A stretch of 63,978 nucleotides of DNA, the filler included, from a bacterium (GTDB lineage Bacteria; UBA9089; CG2-30-40-21; SBAY01), in the NCBI GenBank assembly GCA_040757115.1. It is 7 parts of 7 records of this genome, joined end to end, with 100 filler letters (N's around TTAATTAATTAA, not from the genome) between each part and the next. Parts side by side here need not be neighbours in the genome. Positions count along the whole stretch, not along the records: positions 58,614 to 63,978 come from JBFLYA010000254.1; 6 more parts are not named here. One strand, 5' to 3'. Below the pieces are notes generated by a model. That model searched no databases. It had not been told where the DNA came from and saw nothing but the letters and a program-made list of their open reading frames with translations. Numbering within the stretch: the stretch's first letter is position 1; each line of letters opens with the position of its first letter. The position numbers and the translations under genes are program-made. Below are positions 59,054 to 63,978 of this stretch, in pieces.

Positions 59054-59233
59054 TCCTATTCGTAATGGTCTTTGGGGTCAGACTTCAAAAGCAGAATTAA
59101 TCAAGTTAATTCTGTTCGAGGTCTGACCCCACCATCTTTTCCCTTTTCTTCTTAATCAATGTCCGACCATAACTCACTCCCTTTTATATGTGTTAAGTAA
59201 AATGTCTTCGCTACTTTTCTCTACCTACTCTAT

Positions 59234-59503
59234 CTATTTCCTCTCTATCTGTGGGTGGGTTCCAACCCATTTAAGAAAGTAGGTGTTGCTTTCGATAGAA
59301 AACAAGCATCGATAATAATCATCTACATAAAATTCCCACAATCCTTTGATACTTTCGAATCGATGAATCTTTAGCGATGGATGTTTTGGGTCATTTAACA
59401 AAAACCTTACTTGTTTTTCAAACTTCCTTTTGATATATTCGGGTAGGGCTGCATAATATTTATCGAAATTATCATCTTTGGCAATTTTTCTTTCACCTGG
59501 CAT
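59234..59503 (-). CDS. RelE/ParE-superfamily toxin
   Basis: 89 aa, PKHPSLKIH..LWEFYVDDYYR..VGTH; overlaps the upstream small gene. Confidence 0.75.
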   Translation of the reverse strand: MPGERKIAKDDNFDKYYAALPEYIKRKFEKQVRFLLNDPKHPSLKIHRFESIKGLWEFYVDDYYRCLFSIESNTYFLKWVGTHPQIERK

Positions 59504-59741
59504 TATTCAAATCCTTCAGCAAGTCCTCAGCATCTGTATATTCTTTGAACTTACCTGCTTTATAGTTTACCTCTGCTTTTGCTAATGCTTTTTGGACCTC
59601 GGGAGTGTGAACATAGAGTTCTCTCTTTGGGATTTTTTTAGTAAATGTAATCAAGACTTGCATATCCGAATTGTACGGCACATCTTCCTGGGGAATGACA
59701 ATCCCATTATGATATACCCCTTCCATTGTCAATTGTGACAT
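59493..59741 (-). CDS. Antitoxin (AF2212/DUF104-like N-terminus)
   Basis: EGVYHNGIVIP motif, acidic tail, GAGGAGG SD. Confidence 0.7.
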   Translation of the reverse strand: MSQLTMEGVYHNGIVIPQEDVPYNSDMQVLITFTKKIPKRELYVHTPEVQKALAKAEVNYKAGKFKEYTDAEDLLKDLNNAR

Positions 59742-59992
59742 TAACGATCACCTCCTCATTTTGTCTTTTTGCGGAATTAGTGTACCTGTTTAGCGTGGTC
59801 AGAGAGCACAAATGAATGGTACTGACTTAGTGCGAAACCACTTCAAACACAACAAGTTGTGTAATACAAAATCAAAAATTAAATATTAAAATGCAAAATG
59901 ACATATCAAATATCATATCAAAAATCAAAGAGCAAATATCAAAATTAAGGAATTCTTTTATTCTTATTTTTGATTTTTAATATTTGATTTTT

Positions 59993-60217
59993 GTAAGCGT
60001 TCAGGTGGTGTAACAAAAGGAGATGTGGAGATTAAGGAGATAGGGAGATATTATAAAAAATTGAAATTAATAGAAATTTATGGAAATTTGTTGTTTTCCC
60101 CAATCAATTTCTACCTATTTCTATAAATTTCAATCTATTTCTATTATCTTATCTCCATATCACTCTTATCTCCTTATCCCCTTTCTTACACTTTTGATAT
60201 ATAGCCTGAACGGTTAC
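59993..60217. mobile_element. Complete 225-bp GTAA-ended MITE
   Basis: GTAAGCGTTCAGG/CCTGAACGGTTAC ends; halves at four contig ends. Confidence 0.85.
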
Positions 60218-60374
60218 TTAGTTTTAAGGTTTTGAGATAAGGTTTTGAGTTATGACATTTGAGTTTTGAGTTAATATTGTCCCATTTGATGGACATGGCT
60301 GAACGGTTACAAAAAAAGATATTTTCCTCTCTGTTTCTCTGCGTCTCTGCGGTAAAGGATTACCTGAACGATTA
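60068..60374 (+). repeat. ~307-bp direct repeat, copy 2
   Basis: Nearly identical to 58747..59053. Confidence 0.9.
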
Positions 60375-60382
60375 CCTTTTTT

Positions 60383-61804
60383 TCACGCCACAGCTACATG
60401 TAGAAAATTGGTTGTATCATGATGTCCACCGGCAATACCACCAGTAATAATAACTTTGTTTCCAGACCGAAATATACCGGTGGATTTTGCGGTTTCAATC
60501 CCCTTTCTTATCATATCATCCGTATTATCAAATTCATCTGATTTAACGGGATAAATTCCCCAATACAGGGTCAATTGCCGAACTGTTTCCATAGATGGGC
60601 TGACCGCGATAACTGGCACAAATGGTCTATATTTAGCAATCATCCTTGCGGTCAGACCTGAATATGTACAGGCAATAATCGCCGCTACCTTTAAGTCCAT
60701 CGCGATTTGCGCTGTGGCATAGCCAATTGCCTCTGTAGTATTTATACCTCGCAGGTCTATTTTATCTTTTAATATTGCCTCATATTCTAATGCCTTCTCT
60801 GCTTCTAAAGTAATTTCTACCATTTCTTTAACACATTCTACCGGATATTTACCGATAGCAGTTTCTTCGGATAGCATCAAGGCATCCGTTGAGTCAAAAA
60901 TAGCATTGGCAATATCTGTTACCTCTGCTCGTGTGGGAATATCTTCATTTACCATAGACTCTAATATTTGCGTGGCGGTAATAACTGGTTTGCCAAATAG
61001 ATTTGTCTCCAAAATTACTTTTTTTTGCACCAGAGGGATTTTAGCCAGGGCTGTTTCAATGCCTAAATCTCCTCTTGCCACCATTATGCCATCTGCAGAT
61101 TTAATTATCTCACTTATATTTTCAATTGCCTCTTTTTTCTCAATCTTGGCAATAATTGGGATAGAGACATCTTTTTCTTTTAATATCTTACGCAACTGCA
61201 TAATATCATCTGGATTTTTTACAAAAGATAAACTTATAAAATCTACTCCTTCCTCAATCCCAAGGTTTAAATCCTCAATATCCTTTGGAGTAAGTGAAGG
61301 AATTGAGAGTTTAGTCTCCGGGAAATTTACCCTTTTGTCTGATTTTAACTCACCACCTTTGACCACCTGGCAAATAATATTCCCCATATCATGTCTAATC
61401 ACCTTTAACCTTATTCTGCCGTCATCAATGAATATTGGCTCACCTGATTTTACTTCCTTCGGTAGATGTTTATAGGAAACAGAGACTATATTTTCATCCC
61501 CTTCAATCTCTTTAGTGGTTAAGGTGAATACAAAATCCTCCTTTAATACCACCCCTTTTTTTACTTTTCCTATTCTAATTTTGGGTCCGGCTAAATCTTG
61601 CATAATCCCTATGGGTTTATTGATTTCTGCAGATATTCTACGAACACTTCTTATAACTTCAAGATGGTCTTTATGTGTCCCCTGGGAAAAATTCAATCGA
61701 ACAACATCCATCCCCGCCTCAGCTAATTCCTTTAATATTTTATGGGAATTACTTGCCGTCCCAATAGTGCATACAATTTTTGTTCTTTTCATAATATTAA
61801 ACAT
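60383..61804 (-). CDS. pyk: Pyruvate kinase
   Basis: RTKIVCTIG, RLNFS, IIAKIE, MVARGDLG, PTRAEVTD. Confidence 0.97.
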   Translation of the reverse strand: MFNIMKRTKIVCTIGTASNSHKILKELAEAGMDVVRLNFSQGTHKDHLEVIRSVRRISAEINKPIGIMQDLAGPKIRIGKVKKGVVLKEDFVFTLTTKEIEGDENIVSVSYKHLPKEVKSGEPIFIDDGRIRLKVIRHDMGNIICQVVKGGELKSDKRVNFPETKLSIPSLTPKDIEDLNLGIEEGVDFISLSFVKNPDDIMQLRKILKEKDVSIPIIAKIEKKEAIENISEIIKSADGIMVARGDLGIETALAKIPLVQKKVILETNLFGKPVITATQILESMVNEDIPTRAEVTDIANAIFDSTDALMLSEETAIGKYPVECVKEMVEITLEAEKALEYEAILKDKIDLRGINTTEAIGYATAQIAMDLKVAAIIACTYSGLTARMIAKYRPFVPVIAVSPSMETVRQLTLYWGIYPVKSDEFDNTDDMIRKGIETAKSTGIFRSGNKVIITGGIAGGHHDTTNFLHVAVA

Positions 61805-61900
61805 ATCTTAAATTTTACAACATTACTTTTAAAATGTCAAATAAAATTTATTCTAAATTTTTAGTTGCATTTTTTCTTTATCTATGCTATACTTTCAAAA

Positions 61901-62116
61901 GTGGTTAAAAATCTTGAGACCATAAAGAAAGTAGCGTATGCAAGTAGTATTGGAATTGTGCTCGTTACTTCAACTTTTATTGGCTTAGGAATAGGTTATT
62001 TTTTAGATTCACGATTTGGCACAACACCATGGTTGACTATCGCTGGATTATTACTGGGTATCATCGCGGGCTTTTACAATGGTTATGAAATGATAATGAA
62101 AATTATGAAAGAATGA
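61901..62116 (+). CDS. AtpZ/AtpI-family (gene 1) small membrane protein
   Basis: GYFLDSRFGTTPW..G motif; first gene of the atp operon; GTG start. Confidence 0.85.
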   Translation: MVKNLETIKKVAYASSIGIVLVTSTFIGLGIGYFLDSRFGTTPWLTIAGLLLGIIAGFYNGYEMIMKIMKE

Positions 62117-62466
62117 AAGAAATTACTTTACCCCAAATTACTAAAACAACCTGGATACTAATCGGCATTGTTTTTCTAATCTCTTTATTAACCCAAAATA
62201 TATCAATAATATCAGGTATAGTCATTGGTTCCTTACTTGGATTATTAAACTTTAAGGCACTGATTTTAACGACGCAAAGAGCCTTTAAATCTGAGCGGAC
62301 AAAGTCATATATCTTGATGAGTTACCTGGTTAGATTAAGCCTATTGGGATTAATATTAACCCTCATATTACAGGTAAAAGCAATAAATTTTATTGCCGTG
62401 ATAGGTGGATTATCCATCGTGATTATGGCGATTTGTGTCCAAGGAACGATTAATCTCATTAAATAG
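62113..62466 (+). CDS. atpI: ATP synthase protein I
   Basis: Four TM segments, position before atpB. Confidence 0.8.
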   Translation: MKEITLPQITKTTWILIGIVFLISLLTQNISIISGIVIGSLLGLLNFKALILTTQRAFKSERTKSYILMSYLVRLSLLGLILTLILQVKAINFIAVIGGLSIVIMAICVQGTINLIK

Positions 62467-62485
62467 ATTAGGTGAAAGGGAAAAG

Positions 62486-63235
62486 ATGGAAGCAGAGGCA
62501 CCCTTTTTATTTCAATTTTTAGTCAACTGGCTAAATCAATATTTAGGAAACTACATTCCCATAAATGCTACGATTGTTATGACCTGGTTGATTTCACTTG
62601 GGTTAATAGGTTTTGCCCTGGCGGCATGTTCTTCTTTAAAAATGGTTCCCAGGGGACTACAAAATCTATTAGAACTCTTAGTTGAACAGGTTCTTCAACT
62701 CTTAGAGGGCATTATGGGACATAAGAAGGCAAAGTTCTTTCTACCTTTAATGGGCACACTGACCCTGTTTATTTTAATTTCAAACCTGATTGGACTCATT
62801 CCGGGATTGAAAGCACCAACAAGTGATTGGAACACAACTATTGCCTTAGCTATGATTGTATTTATCCTGACACACTTTTTTGGAATAAAACAAAAAGGAT
62901 TAATTGGTTATTTTAAGCATTTTGTAGGTCCTATCTGGTGGTTAGCTCCATTGATGGTGCCCATACATCTGATCGGAGAAATAGCGAAACCTTTTTCCTT
63001 ATCTATCCGACTATTTGCTAATATGATGGCAAAACATATGACCTTAGGTTGCCTGGCACTATTGCTTGTTCTGTTTTCAAAGAAGGCAATTCTATTTGTC
63101 CAAACTTTATTTATTCCTGTATTTTTACCACCAATAGTTATGCTTTTAGGGGTGCTTACTTGCCTTATTCAGACATTTGTTTTTGTCTTTTTAGCCATAG
63201 TCTATATTTCCATTGCTATGGAAGAAGAACATTAA
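62486..63235 (+). CDS. atpB: F0 subunit a
   Basis: PRGLQN, NLIGLIP, SLSIRLFANM, IQTFVF. Confidence 0.95.
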   Translation: MEAEAPFLFQFLVNWLNQYLGNYIPINATIVMTWLISLGLIGFALAACSSLKMVPRGLQNLLELLVEQVLQLLEGIMGHKKAKFFLPLMGTLTLFILISNLIGLIPGLKAPTSDWNTTIALAMIVFILTHFFGIKQKGLIGYFKHFVGPIWWLAPLMVPIHLIGEIAKPFSLSIRLFANMMAKHMTLGCLALLLVLFSKKAILFVQTLFIPVFLPPIVMLLGVLTCLIQTFVFVFLAIVYISIAMEEEH

Positions 63236-63237
63236 AA

Positions 63238-63449
63238 GTAACTATTCACCACGAAGGACACGGAGAGCACGAAGTGAAATTTGATGAATTATCGAATTCA
63301 TGAAGCTCAAATATTGACATATATGAAATTGGCAAATATCAAGGTTGGTCTATTGATAAATTTCAATGTGGAAAGATTGAAAGAAGGCATAAAGAGATTT
63401 GTTCTGTAACATCTTCGTGTCCTTCGTGCTCTTCGTGGTGAATAGTTAC
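63238..63449 (+). mobile_element. GTAA-ended element carrying an internally deleted GxxExxY gene, between atpB and atpE
   Basis: GTAACTATTCACCACGAAG terminal repeats; VKFDELSN joined to HEAQILTYMKLANIKVGLLINFNVERLKEGIKRFVL*. Confidence 0.85.
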
Positions 63450-63472
63450 ATAAAAAGAAAGGGGGATGTTAA

Positions 63473-63745
<273 letters not shown>

Positions 63746-63863
63746 TGAATGGTGATTGGTAAATGGTAACTGGTAATTAGTTACCAGTTACCATTTAACC
63801 AATTATCATAGGGTTCTGCAAAATAGGATTTGGGGAATTAGAGATAAAAATTCAAATATCAAA

Positions 63864-63978
63864 ATGCAAAATTACAAATCAAATTTCAAAAAGGATTTCA
63901 AGAAAAGACTGTATAACTTTACTCTGCGACTTATAGAATTCATCGATAAGTTACCAAAGGATAGTGTTTCTCAAAGAA
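63864..63978 (+). CDS. Four-helix-bundle protein (23S rRNA IVP-like), 5' part
   Basis: MQNYKSNFKKDFKKRLYNFTLRLIEFIDKLPKDSVSQR; upstream flank matches 12086-12117 inverted. Confidence 0.7.
   Translation, partial: MQNYKSNFKKDFKKRLYNFTLRLIEFIDKLPKDSVSQR

Noticed and set aside
58938-59126. Duplicated 62-aa ORFs (also 60259..60447) and 11262..11444
   Set aside because: Translations of repeat DNA.

Overview
The window is a concatenation of seven low-GC bacterial contigs, joined by six artificial 100-nt linkers (N-run/TTAATTAATTAA/N-run), so adjacency across linkers means nothing. The host looks diderm and probably anaerobic; its taxonomy cannot be fixed from this sequence. Housekeeping content: surE, nikR, ruvB, queH, rpsD-rpoA-rplQ-rsmE-tig-clpP, PBP1A, pcm, tRNA-Pro(CGG), argS, pyk and the start of the atp operon. 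Three things stand out. (1) An ~18-kb island (24654-42886) in which a LuxI/LuxR acyl-homoserine-lactone pair is linked to a biosynthetic operon through one near-canonical lux box set between two back-to-back sigma70 promoters. The operon encodes an AfsA/ScbA butyrolactone-synthase-like protein, a diverged IspH-fold Fe-S protein, a reductase, ACP, FabF, a TPR protein, a 1409-aa radical dehydratase/activator, an SDR and an MMPL/LolA-like/beta-barrel export triad. (2) A dense population of miniature non-autonomous elements. One family has a covarying hairpin end, sits at Shine-Dalgarno-like AGG(A/G)GAA cores and stacks in tandem (probably IS110-derived). Another has IS66-like GTAA ends with 8-bp target duplications. 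Internally deleted four-helix-bundle and GxxExxY genes occur among these repeats. (3) A tandem array of HEAT-repeat lipoprotein plus secreted permuted papain-like enzyme units cut at a shared junction sequence. All family calls rest on motif recognition by eye; no database search was run.
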